A stretch of 64,000 bases of DNA from Candidatus Sumerlaeaceae bacterium (GCA_049968255.1 JBMFRB010000004.1:96001-160000); one strand, 5' to 3'. Positions 1 to 9,502 are shown, counted from the stretch's first letter. Made by a program: numbers and translations. The notes: a model not told the origin generated them from the sequence alone.

Positions 1-840
1 CACTTCCAGATATTTTTCACGCAACTCCTGCCGCGCATTGAACAGCCGGCTCATCACTGTTCCGATGGGGATGTTCAGCGCATCGGCAATCTCTTTGTAC
101 GAGTGATTGTGGAAGTGCTTCATGATAATAATTTCGCGAAAATCGGGCTTTAGTCGATTGATCGCTTCCCACAATTGCTCACGTTGCTGGTTCTGCTCGA
201 ACTGTTCGCGCGGGTTAGGTCGATGTTCGCGGAACTGCATGTACTGCTCTTCTTCGAGCTCATCAATCGAGTCGTTGCGCATCCGCGAGCTTTTCTTGAT
301 GTAATTCAAGCAGTGGTTTTTGATGATTTTGTAGAACCACGGGAAGAAAGGAGAGTTCAGGTCGAACGTTTTGATCGCCTTAAACGCTTTGACGAAAGCA
401 TCCTGCGACAAGTCCAACGCGTCTTCGTGATTGTTGACAAAACTCATCGCTGTGTAGTAGGCTTTGCGTTTGTATGCGTTGACGAGCTCTTCAAAAGCTT
501 CGCGATCGCCTTCCTGCACTCGTCGGATAATCTCGCGCTCCTGCTCGGGTGTGAGAAACTGCTCGGGTCCCAGCAAGGCGTCGAGGTCACCTCGTTCCGG
601 CATTTCGTGAGGCGGCTCAGGCACGCCGCTCGGTTCCTCGCTGGCTTGGTGCAACAGCGCGAGTTCCGGAGCCTTCGTCACCGCGACCGGCTCCTCCTGC
701 TTAGCTTCTTTGACGCGCTGAAAGGTTTTGAGCTTGCTCACTACGCTCTTCTTGTTACTCTTTCGGGCGTTTTTTTTAGGTTTTTTCGTCAAGAGAGTGT
801 CAACCATCTCGATAGCTTCTTTCACGGTTATTAGGCTCAT
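1..840 (-). CDS. ECF-type RNA polymerase sigma-70 factor with long N-terminal extension (3' end runs off window)
   Basis: Not in ORF track; translated by hand from ATG at 840 (GGAGGGGGAA upstream). Region 2-like 'GDREAFEELVNAYKRKAYYTAMSFVNNHEDALDLSQDAFVKAF...FPWFYKIIKNHCLNY'; region 4 HTH 'SYKEIADALNIPIGTVMSRLFNARQELR'. Confidence 0.92.
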   Translation of the reverse strand, partial: MSLITVKEAIEMVDTLLTKKPKKNARKSNKKSVVSKLKTFQRVKEAKQEEPVAVTKAPELALLHQASEEPSGVPEPPHEMPERGDLDALLGPEQFLTPEQEREIIRRVQEGDREAFEELVNAYKRKAYYTAMSFVNNHEDALDLSQDAFVKAFKAIKTFDLNSPFFPWFYKIIKNHCLNYIKKSSRMRNDSIDELEEEQYMQFREHRPNPREQFEQNQQREQLWEAINRLKPDFREIIIMKHFHNHSYKEIADALNIPIGTVMSRLFNARQELREKYLEV

Positions 841-1188
841 TTCCCCCTCCCTCCTTCAAGTTCGTTTTTCCCTTCGGAGAAAGCAGAAAATATGCCATCA
901 CCGTGAGACTTGCCGCTCGCGGCTGCTTATTGCCCCTTTGAGAAGCTTACTGGCAGGTCTTGCGGTCAAGACAAGTCGGCAATGCATTAGAATAGCAACA
1001 CTTAAGATATGTCTTCTGGCAGCAAATCCCGTGGGCCTCACCTCACCGCCTTCGGCGATGCTTTTGCTTGCCCGTCGACCACGAAATTACCATTGTTCAA
1101 AAAGGGCGCACTTTGTCCTGTTTGTGGACCAAATTGCCCAGCTTAGAAAAGAACAAAACTCACCTTATAGCGGCACCCTAGCCCTGTG

Positions 1189-1647
1189 CTATTCCTGATA
1201 CTCTTCGTACCGCCCACCACGTGTCCAGTCGTCGTACTCATCCCAATACCAGGCACTCCGACTTGAGCCACAGTAATGACCGCGCGGGTATTTCGCTTCC
1301 GCTTTAGAGTTGGGCCACAAGCGCGGATGGTAAAAGGGATAATACTTCGGGCTAAGACCCTCGTAGCGATTGTAGCTGGCGGGAAAATAGTAGGTGGGCC
1401 CGTAATCATCGTGGAGCGCAAAACCTTGTCCGACGTGACGGCGCGCCACCGGCAGCGGGGCCTCGCGCTCGCCTTGATTATTCCCGGCCGGCGGACCGAT
1501 CCTCTTCGGGGGAATCTGTGCCACCCCGGCCGGTTCACAGATGCTCTTACCTCTAGGCAATTCCCCGCCACCCAGCGCGACACTAACACATATCATTAGC
1601 ACCGCGACAACCACTCTTGCGCGACGAATTGTCACACCTGGCTTCAT
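1189..1647 (-). CDS. Hypothetical exported protein with Tyr/Trp/Pro-rich C-terminal half
   Basis: ATG preceded by AAGGA; signal-peptide-like N-terminus (RRARVVVAVLMICVSVALG); no family recognised. Confidence 0.6.
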   Translation of the reverse strand: MKPGVTIRRARVVVAVLMICVSVALGGGELPRGKSICEPAGVAQIPPKRIGPPAGNNQGEREAPLPVARRHVGQGFALHDDYGPTYYFPASYNRYEGLSPKYYPFYHPRLWPNSKAEAKYPRGHYCGSSRSAWYWDEYDDWTRGGRYEEYQE

Positions 1648-1905
1648 TTTTTGTCCTTTTTCCTTGTTACGCGAGCCAATTCACGCCGCTTTCCAATGCT
1701 CTGTCAACGAGAGAACGTCGTGCCAAAACGTAAAAGCCATGCCCACGCGTAAATTTTCCTCCGGGTACCTGAGAAAACGCTTGAGCAATCTCCTTGTCTC
1801 GACGCAATCACATGGCACACACTTTGCCCAACCAAAGTCCGACAAGTGTGATTTTTGCCCAGACGAGGCAAGAGATTACCAATGGACGTCTCAAGGAATG
1901 TTGTG

Positions 1906-2595
1906 ATGATCAAAGCCCGGACAGCCAGCTTCGGCCTCAGCATTTTCCTGACTTTCTTTGCGAGCACGCAAGTCGCACTCCGTGCCCAATGCTCCAGTCC
2001 ACCCCTTCCCTTCTTCGACGCCGCCAAATCCGGCGAACGGCCATCCCAGTACCAACCGAATCAGATTTGTCCGCCGCGTCCGAAGGTGGACTATACCGAG
2101 GACGGACAGCCGATCCTCATCAAGCGCTACCCGGTGAATAGTCGCCAGTCAATTCTCCATTTCCGGAAATATCCCTACTATGCAAACACACAAGGTGTTG
2201 AGCACATCCAGCGCGGTGCACGCCTCAAGCGTCAGCCTGAAGTTGTGCTTTCTGAAGATCAAAAAGCCATTCTCCGTGCCTGGGGGCAGCCAGACTATCT
2301 TCGCGGCCCTTATCGCAGTAGCCGCGGCGACACGGTGATCGAGTGGGCCTACCATCGGCTTAACCACCTGTTCCAGTTCGTTGACGGAACTATGGTCTTC
2401 GAGGGACCACTTACCGATCAGGAGAGAACAGTCCTGACCTACGGGCTCCCGCGCGAGATCCTCTCGAGCACCGTCGCACCTAATATCCGCCGAGAAACGT
2501 GGTTTTACAATTCGTCTTGGCACCCCAATAAGGAAATGGTGTTCAGCTTTGCCAACGGCAAATTGGTGTTTGCAGACGAGAACTACTCGCACTGA
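1906..2595 (+). CDS. Hypothetical exported protein with two SmpA/OmlA(BamE)-like repeats
   Basis: AAGGA at ~1893 before GTG/ATG at 1903/1906; signal peptide; two units of the type 'AWGQPDY...EWAY...FVDG' and 'TYGLPRE...ETWFY...FANGKLV'. Confidence 0.6.
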   Translation: MIKARTASFGLSIFLTFFASTQVALRAQCSSPPLPFFDAAKSGERPSQYQPNQICPPRPKVDYTEDGQPILIKRYPVNSRQSILHFRKYPYYANTQGVEHIQRGARLKRQPEVVLSEDQKAILRAWGQPDYLRGPYRSSRGDTVIEWAYHRLNHLFQFVDGTMVFEGPLTDQERTVLTYGLPREILSSTVAPNIRRETWFYNSSWHPNKEMVFSFANGKLVFADENYSH

Positions 2596-2622
2596 ACCTC
2601 GTGCGGTCCAAAAGCTTGCTCA

Positions 2623-4224
2623 ATGAGACGAAAGGAAGTGGTTATGGCTGAGTTACAGGGCAGGATTAGCCTCTTGCTCAGGAAGGAGAAATTGCCGCTC
2701 TTGCTCTTTTTTGGCATTGCAGCGGCACTGATGTTGAGCTGCACGGACATTTGTGCAGCGCGGCCGTTGGAGGGCCGCCGTGAAGCGCTGGCCCTACTTG
2801 CCCAAGGCCAAGAAGCTTTGAAAGCGGGAAGAGTCACCCAGGCTGTTGAGCTCCTGAGTCGCTCCGTTGAGATCGCGCCCTCTCCCGCAGCATATTACTT
2901 GCTGGGGCAGGCGTTGCGAAAAGCCGGCCAAAAGCAAAAGGCACGGGAAGCCTTCGAAAAAGCGATCGAGCTCAATCCCAACTACGAGCTGGCTAAACAA
3001 GCCCTGAATGAAATAGGGAGCAAAACACCACCCTCTGCAAATTCGGGTGCCGAGGCCACGAATTTTGACGCGGTGGTCAGCGAACACGAGACTCTGGATT
3101 CGCTCAAGCCAGGAGACAACGAGGAAGTAAAAGATACCAAGCCCACAATCTTGGCTGTGGGAGCTTTGCTTCCAAAGCCGAAACAACTGGCCAGTGCGTC
3201 GGCTGCCCCAATCCCCAATCCACCATCTACCGTTCGCAATGGAACAGCCCGCGACGCTGTTATTCCTCAGCGGCCTGTTGAGATAATTCAAGAAGTGCCT
3301 GTGCGGGAAATTGTTTCGGCCGGCGTGGCGCCAGGAAAAGAGCGAGGACGATCGGCCATGGCATCGGACAGTAGCCAAGAAAACACCTCCGAGGGCGTCA
3401 AGAAATTCAGTTTATGGCGCGGCAAGAAGGAGCAGCCTATCTCCGCAGCGCGCCACGACACCCAGTCGAGTCGTAAATCGGTCAGCACCCCGCCATCAAC
3501 CCGTGCGTCTTCCCCACCAGAAGTCGAATCAAACCCGATGTCTGCTCTGCAACGCACGGCCCCCGATGCGCGGGCCATCAATGAAGCCGCCTTTTCCTCT
3601 GATGACCAAGGGGCGCAAAAACGCGCAAAGCGCTACGGCAATCCTACGAAGATACTCTTGGGCACTTTCGAGTTTCATAAGGAGAAAGGCGACACCTACC
3701 GTCGCGCTCAGCGCTGGACCGAAGCTGCCGATGAATACCAGCAGGCGCTCGAAAAGAACCCTGACGACGCAGAAACACGTGCGATGCTTGCCGAATGCCT
3801 TGCTCGCGCTGGCGAAGTTGACGTTGCCGAACAGCAGTTCCGCCGGGCCCTCGAAATGGACCCCGGCGATCCACGTGTTTTCTTCCGAATGGGCAACACT
3901 TATCGCGAACTCAAGCGTCTCGACGATGCAATCTCGGCCTACCGTCAGGCGCTTGCCGCTAACCCCAATGACGTGGTGATCCGCAACAATCTCGGCGTCG
4001 TCTACATGGAAAAGGGGCAATACACTAAGGCGGCGCAGGAGTTCAAAAGCGTGATCGCGACAAATCCTAAATACGACAAGGCAGTTCTCAACCTTGGAAT
4101 TCTTTACGACGAACATCTGGGGGATAAAAAACAGGCGCTTCAGTACTACCAGATGTACGTCCAGCTAGGCGGCCCTCGCGCTCGCGAGGTTCAAAAGTGG
4201 ATCGAAGAACTCCAGAGTAAGTGA
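2623..4224 (+). CDS. Exported tetratricopeptide-repeat protein
   Basis: N-terminal hydrophobic segment; TPRs near the N-terminus (AYYLLGQAL...FEKAIELNPNY) and C-terminus (FRMGNTY, NNLGVVY, LNLGILY), separated by a Ser/Pro/Ala-rich linker. Confidence 0.88.
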   Translation: MRRKEVVMAELQGRISLLLRKEKLPLLLFFGIAAALMLSCTDICAARPLEGRREALALLAQGQEALKAGRVTQAVELLSRSVEIAPSPAAYYLLGQALRKAGQKQKAREAFEKAIELNPNYELAKQALNEIGSKTPPSANSGAEATNFDAVVSEHETLDSLKPGDNEEVKDTKPTILAVGALLPKPKQLASASAAPIPNPPSTVRNGTARDAVIPQRPVEIIQEVPVREIVSAGVAPGKERGRSAMASDSSQENTSEGVKKFSLWRGKKEQPISAARHDTQSSRKSVSTPPSTRASSPPEVESNPMSALQRTAPDARAINEAAFSSDDQGAQKRAKRYGNPTKILLGTFEFHKEKGDTYRRAQRWTEAADEYQQALEKNPDDAETRAMLAECLARAGEVDVAEQQFRRALEMDPGDPRVFFRMGNTYRELKRLDDAISAYRQALAANPNDVVIRNNLGVVYMEKGQYTKAAQEFKSVIATNPKYDKAVLNLGILYDEHLGDKKQALQYYQMYVQLGGPRAREVQKWIEELQSK

Positions 4225-4289
4225 GCCAAAATTAACGTGCGCTGCTCGGAATCAGCAGCCCACATGACCAAAAGAGAAGAAATGCTACC

Positions 4290-5624
4290 ATGAAACATGC
4301 TTCGTGCGTTTGGATTGTCCCGTCTTGCATTGGTGTTTATTTGCTATCATGTTTTCTTATCGCGACACCCGCATTCTCCCAGCCAAAGCCTAGCGCAGCC
4401 GCTGGAGCTTTGCGAGTCGCTTCAGAACGTAGCGCCCGCCCGAGGGGTGATCTGAGCACCGCCTCGCTGCTGCGTAGACCCGCTCGACCAACCACAACGT
4501 CGCTTTTGAGGAGTGCACTGCTTACCTCCCCCTCGATTTCTCGGCGACCCTTTACAACGACTTCCTTGGCTCGTGGCGGCATGACAACCCAAGCACTCCT
4601 CCAGGCGAGGCTTGCTCATGCTGCGGAGCGTAAATCCCATGGGCATAAATTCGCTCCCATGGCGCCCGAGGTCCTGCGCGCCTTTGTCACCCCAACCAGC
4701 GCCCCTCAATCACTCGATCGCGTTATCTCTCTGCTGCACAGCAGCAATCGTCGCTCCACTGTCGAGACCTGTCACTGCCCAGCTCACCCACTCGGCGGCA
4801 TTGACCGAGAAGCGCGGGTTGTGGATGAAATTGCGGCGACGACTCAGCCCTGCATTCTTGTGGATGCCGGTGGTTATTTGCGCTTGCCGCCAAACGAACG
4901 AAGTAAAATGGGAGCCGCCATTGCCCTTGAAGCAATTACCAAAATGGGTATTCACGCTGTAAACGTAGGCGTCACAGACCTTGCTGCCGGCGTGGAATTC
5001 TTCCGCGATTTGCAAACAAGCTTCTCCGTGCCTTTTGTTTCGGCGAACATTGTCGACAAGGATGGTAAGCGTGTCTTTGCCTCTCACTCCCTACTCCCGG
5101 TTCGGCTTCGCGACGGAAAGAAAGTCACGGTTGCCATTGTCGGTGTGACGCGTCCAAACAAGCCCGGCGAAAATCTGCCACGGGTTGGGGCAGCACCAGA
5201 AGACCTCAGGATAACCGATCCGAAAAAAACACTCGAAAAACTTATCCCTGAGCTGCGGAAAAAAGCGGATGTGGTCATTCTCCTCGCCTACTACACGCGC
5301 GAAGAAGCCCCTGAACTCATTGGCGGATTGCCACCTCAGGCGAAGCCCGATGTTGTCGTGTGCGGCGATTTCACGATCGGTCAGCCGCGCGATTACTACC
5401 TTGCTAATCTTGCGGAAGTAGACGACGTCTATTACCTGACTGGCGGCTTCGAAGGACGCCAGCTCGGACATGCGATGTTGTTGTTCGACAAGAGAAACAG
5501 AGTCGAGAAAGTCTTCGCGAAGCTCATCGAGATCGAGCAGACCATTCCGCCAAAGCCTTCGTTCACCCATTTCGTCGAAGAGTATCAGAAACTCATGATG
5601 CGCCTTTTGAGCGAAGGCAAATAG
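4290..5624 (+). CDS. Exported UshA/5'-nucleotidase N-terminal-domain-like protein with CxC motif (paralog 1)
   Basis: Signal peptide; 'ETCHCPAHPLGGIDREA', 'LVDAGGY', 'AVNVGVTD', 'PFVSANIVD', 'VAIVGVT', 'ITDP...ELRKKADVVILLA' follow the calcineurin-like phosphoesterase fold order. Confidence 0.75.
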   Translation: MKHASCVWIVPSCIGVYLLSCFLIATPAFSQPKPSAAAGALRVASERSARPRGDLSTASLLRRPARPTTTSLLRSALLTSPSISRRPFTTTSLARGGMTTQALLQARLAHAAERKSHGHKFAPMAPEVLRAFVTPTSAPQSLDRVISLLHSSNRRSTVETCHCPAHPLGGIDREARVVDEIAATTQPCILVDAGGYLRLPPNERSKMGAAIALEAITKMGIHAVNVGVTDLAAGVEFFRDLQTSFSVPFVSANIVDKDGKRVFASHSLLPVRLRDGKKVTVAIVGVTRPNKPGENLPRVGAAPEDLRITDPKKTLEKLIPELRKKADVVILLAYYTREEAPELIGGLPPQAKPDVVVCGDFTIGQPRDYYLANLAEVDDVYYLTGGFEGRQLGHAMLLFDKRNRVEKVFAKLIEIEQTIPPKPSFTHFVEEYQKLMMRLLSEGK

Positions 5625-5843
5625 AGTATGGGCCGTCGCGGGCCAAGGTTCGCGACGAACAGAGGTAAAACGCTGCCTGCGAGTGAATACGAAGATGCAA
5701 ATTTGGTTTTCATAAACGTGTATGCGCTCGCTTTTCGCCTTTCTAACCGAAACGGCCGTGAGGCCGTTTTCTGTTGTCAGGACAAAAACTGAGCACAGCT
5801 GGGCGCAGTTCGCCTCACATTCCATACAGAGAGAAAGGATGCT

Positions 5844-8030
5844 ATGACACCACAGACGCTGTTCTACGTTGTGATGGCTATCTCGGTGTTGGGGTTGGCC
5901 GTCTCTTTCATTCTCGCCAAATGGGTGCTGGCACACGACACTGGCACCGACGCTATGCGCGTCATTTCTGACGCAATCAAAGAAGGGGCGGAAGCGTTTC
6001 TCAAACGCCAATACAAAACGATCTTCGCTCTTTCCATCCTGTTAGCTGTTCTGCTCGCTGCCTTCTACTATCACGAAAAGGGCTCCGAGCTCGCAGTGCG
6101 CACGCTCGTCTCTTTTCTTTTCGGCGCGTTCTGTTCTGGTTTTGCCGGTTTCATCGGCATGTACATTTCTATTCGCTCCAACATCCGCACTGCCTCCGCT
6201 GCAACGAAAGACCTTAATAGCGCGCTGCGCATAGCGCTGCGCGGCGGCGCGGTTTCGGGCATCATGGTTGTCGCGATGTCACTTTTGGGTGTCGGCTTAC
6301 TCTTCTGGTTTTTCGACGGCTTGAAGCACCCCGACGTCGTTCCGCTCCAAATTGTTGGCTATGGCTTTGGTGCCTCGTTTGTGGCCCTCTTTGCTCAGCT
6401 TGGTGGGGGAATTTACACGAAGGCGGCCGATGTCGGAGCCGACTTGGTAGGAAAAGTCGAGGCAGGGATCCCTGAAGACGACCCACGTAACCCCGCGGTG
6501 ATTGCCGACCTTGTCGGGGACAATGTGGGCGACTGCGCCGGTCGTGGTGCCGATCTCTTCGAATCCACCGCCGCTGAGAATATCGGCGCAATGATTCTCG
6601 GAATTGCCCTCTACAAGGTCACCGGCGATCACGGTCCCGTCTTTGGTCTTGGCGCCATTATCTTCCCCCTCTTCGCGCGTGCTCTCGGTCTCATCGCTTC
6701 CATCATCGGCGTTTACTCAGTAAAGGTCAAAGGAAGCGAGCAGGAGGGGTGGGAAGATCCAATGGCTGCGCTCAATCGTGGGTATCTTGTCACCACGATT
6801 CTCGCCATCATCGGATTCTATCTTGCTGTCCACTTGCTCCTAAAAGGTGAAATCTACTTCTTCCTCGCCGGGTTGGTGGGAATTCTCTGCTCCTATGCTT
6901 TTGTCTGGATCACCCAATACTATACCGAGTACCGCTACCGGCCTGTCCGATGGATTGCTGATTCCTGCCAGACTGGCCCAGCAACCACAATCATTAGCGG
7001 GTTGTCGGTCGGCATGGAGTGCACCGCGATCCCTGTGCTTGTTATTTCCGCTGCGCTTATGCTCACCTACAAATTTGGCCAACTCGGTATGCTCTCCGTG
7101 CTCGGGGGCTGGGGGGGCTTGGAAAAAGCCGGCATCTCACCCACGGCGGCAGGGCTCTATGGCACCGCAATTGCCACCATGGGCATGCTTTCCACGGCGG
7201 CATATATTCTAGCGATGGACACGTTTGGTCCGATTACGGACAACGCTGGTGGTATCGTTGAAATGAGCCAACAGCCCCAGAGCATCCGCGAGAAAACGGA
7301 CCGCCTCGATGCTGTCGGTAACACCACAAAGGCGCTCACCAAAGGCTATGCCGTTGGTTCTGCTGCGCTCGCAGCGTTCCTCCTGTTCCAAGCATATATT
7401 GATGAAGTAAACGAATACCTCAAGCATGCTGGACGGGCCATCATGACAACCGTAGATTTGGGTCATGTGCCTGTGTTCGTCGGCGGAATGATTGGGGCAA
7501 TGCTTGTTTTCCTCTTCTCTGCGCTGGCGATCCGCGCGGTTGGTCGGGCCGCTCAGTCGGTTATCGTCGAGGTCCGTCGTCAGTTCCGCGAGCGACCAGG
7601 TATCATGAAAGGTACTGAAAAGCCCGATTACGCCACCTGCGTGGACATCGTGACGAAGGCAGCCCTCCGTCAGATGGTTTTGCCAGGCATCCTGCCGGTC
7701 GTCGTACCAGCCGCGCTCGGTTTTGGTTTGAAATTTTACACGAAAGAGGGCGTGGCTCCGCAGTCTGTTGCAGCTCTGCTTATGGTTGGCACCATTGCGG
7801 GCATTCTCATGGCGCTATTCATGAACAACGGTGGTGGTGCATGGGATAACGCCAAAAAGTATATCGAAACGGGGGCTTACGGCGGCAAGGGCAGCGATGC
7901 GCACAAGGCGGCAGTCGTGGGCGACACCGTCGGCGATCCGTTCAAGGATACAGCCGGTCCCTCGCTTCACGTGCTGATCAAACTCCTCAGCACCATCACT
8001 CTGGTACTCGCGCCACTTTTTATCCGGTAA
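5844..8030 (+). CDS. hppA: Membrane-bound H+-translocating pyrophosphatase, probably K+-independent
   Basis: Motifs GGGIYTKAADVGADLVGKVEAGIPEDDPRNPAVIADLVGDNVGD, GNTTKA, GDTVGDPFKDTAGP; many TM helices. Confidence 0.97.
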   Translation: MTPQTLFYVVMAISVLGLAVSFILAKWVLAHDTGTDAMRVISDAIKEGAEAFLKRQYKTIFALSILLAVLLAAFYYHEKGSELAVRTLVSFLFGAFCSGFAGFIGMYISIRSNIRTASAATKDLNSALRIALRGGAVSGIMVVAMSLLGVGLLFWFFDGLKHPDVVPLQIVGYGFGASFVALFAQLGGGIYTKAADVGADLVGKVEAGIPEDDPRNPAVIADLVGDNVGDCAGRGADLFESTAAENIGAMILGIALYKVTGDHGPVFGLGAIIFPLFARALGLIASIIGVYSVKVKGSEQEGWEDPMAALNRGYLVTTILAIIGFYLAVHLLLKGEIYFFLAGLVGILCSYAFVWITQYYTEYRYRPVRWIADSCQTGPATTIISGLSVGMECTAIPVLVISAALMLTYKFGQLGMLSVLGGWGGLEKAGISPTAAGLYGTAIATMGMLSTAAYILAMDTFGPITDNAGGIVEMSQQPQSIREKTDRLDAVGNTTKALTKGYAVGSAALAAFLLFQAYIDEVNEYLKHAGRAIMTTVDLGHVPVFVGGMIGAMLVFLFSALAIRAVGRAAQSVIVEVRRQFRERPGIMKGTEKPDYATCVDIVTKAALRQMVLPGILPVVVPAALGFGLKFYTKEGVAPQSVAALLMVGTIAGILMALFMNNGGGAWDNAKKYIETGAYGGKGSDAHKAAVVGDTVGDPFKDTAGPSLHVLIKLLSTITLVLAPLFIR

Positions 8031-8054
8031 CTAAGATCTCGCCGCTAACAGTGT

Positions 8055-8095
8055 GAGCCCGGCTTCAGCTGCTAGTTGAAGCCGGGCCTCCTTTT
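8055..8095 (+). terminator. Rho-independent terminator after hppA
   Basis: Stem GCCCGGCTTCA...TGAAGCCGGGC followed by CTCCTTTT. Confidence 0.75.
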
Positions 8096-8269
8096 GAAAA
8101 GAGGATGCTGCGTTCTAAGAGCTTCGTGCGACAGTCCAGCGTCATTGCAGGATCTTCACGTGCACGGTTTTCGATGCTTGACCCATTGACCTGCACTCGA
8201 ATTGACTGACGCGAGATTTGCACAGCCACCTAGCACATAAGAAATGTTTGAATAAGGAGATGGCTTTAG

Positions 8270-9502
8270 TTGCGATTCGAGCGATTCGTAGCGCGACGTT
8301 ATCTTTTTAGCGGTCACCACAAAGCTCTGGTTTCCGCCATCACGCTCATCTCAATTGCCGGTGTAGCTGTCGGAGTCTTTGCGCTCATCGTTGTGATTGC
8401 CGTGATGGAAGGTTTCGACCGAAACCTCGTAGAAAAAATCATCGGCGCTTACGCCCACATCGAGATCGTTCGGGCAAGCACAGAATCGCCACCCATTGAG
8501 CTCGACAAGATTCTCCCCGAGGTTGACAAGCTCCCAGGCGTCAAAGCAGCCGGACCGGTTATCATGCGCCAAGCTTTGCTGCAAGTGATCCCTAGTGAAG
8601 GCGAAGAGCCGCGCCAAACAGCTGTCCTCGTCCAAGGCGTGGATCTAGACCGCGAGAGCCGGATCACAAAACTTATGGAAAAAGTCGCAGGCAAGGCCAA
8701 GCCCGACCAGGGCGAAATTGTCATCGGGAAAAAGGTAGCACAAAGGCTTTACATCCCGCTTGGAGCCCGCGTCACTGTGTTCTCGCCGGTTTTTGTGCGC
8801 ACGCCCACCGGTGGCTCTGCTCTCGCACGAAATGCTCAAGTCGCTGGGATCTTTGATTCAGGATTCCCCGAAGCGGACGAAATGATCGCCTACACCGATC
8901 TTGCCACAGCGCGAGCACTCTTCATGGTGCCAGAAAACGAGGTCGACGGAATCCACCTGGTAGTCGATGACCCGCAAAAGGTTGACCAAATCAAACGCCT
9001 TCTCCAAGAAAAGTTGGGCGCTGCTTACCTCGTCACAACTTGGCGCGAGCGCAACCCTGTCCTGTTCGACGCCCTTGTTCTCGAAAAGTGGGCTATGTTC
9101 ATCATACTTCTGCTCATTGTTCTCGTTGCATCCTTCAACATTGTAGGAACGCTCATTATGGTTGTCATAGAGAAAACCCGCGAGATTGGGATTCTCAAAT
9201 CCATGGGTGCAACCGAGGAGACCATCATGCGGATTTTCGTGCTCCAGGGGCTCTTTATTGGAGGCATCGGAACTCTCGTAGGCGCTGTCGCTGGCCTCTC
9301 CACCTGCTACTTGCTCCAAAATCACGTGCGCATTGACATTCTTTCCGAAGCCTATCTCTCCGACCGTATTCCCATCCTTATGGATGTTCGTTGGAATATC
9401 CTCATCGTGCTGTCAGCCCTAGCGATCTGCCTTCTGACGTCACTTTATCCAGCTCGACAGGCTGCCAAGCTCGACGCCGTGGAGGCACTTCGGTATGAAT
9501 GA
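8270..9502 (+). CDS. lolC: Lipoprotein-releasing ABC transporter permease (LolC/LolE family)
   Basis: 'ISIAGVAVGVFALIVVIAVMEGF', 'EKTREIGILKSMGA', C-terminal 'YPARQAAKLDAVEALRYE'; TAAGGAGA SD. Confidence 0.9.
   Translation: MRFERFVARRYLFSGHHKALVSAITLISIAGVAVGVFALIVVIAVMEGFDRNLVEKIIGAYAHIEIVRASTESPPIELDKILPEVDKLPGVKAAGPVIMRQALLQVIPSEGEEPRQTAVLVQGVDLDRESRITKLMEKVAGKAKPDQGEIVIGKKVAQRLYIPLGARVTVFSPVFVRTPTGGSALARNAQVAGIFDSGFPEADEMIAYTDLATARALFMVPENEVDGIHLVVDDPQKVDQIKRLLQEKLGAAYLVTTWRERNPVLFDALVLEKWAMFIILLLIVLVASFNIVGTLIMVVIEKTREIGILKSMGATEETIMRIFVLQGLFIGGIGTLVGAVAGLSTCYLLQNHVRIDILSEAYLSDRIPILMDVRWNILIVLSALAICLLTSLYPARQAAKLDAVEALRYE

Noticed and set aside
107-1198. Plus-strand ORFs 107..304, 175..834 and 728..1198
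   Set aside because: Antisense shadows of the minus-strand ECF sigma gene and its upstream region; no protein-like motifs.
4770-4778. Possible selenocysteine recoding in the UshA-like CxC motifs
   Set aside because: Codons are TGT/TGC here and TGC/TGC in the paralog; there is no in-frame TGA.
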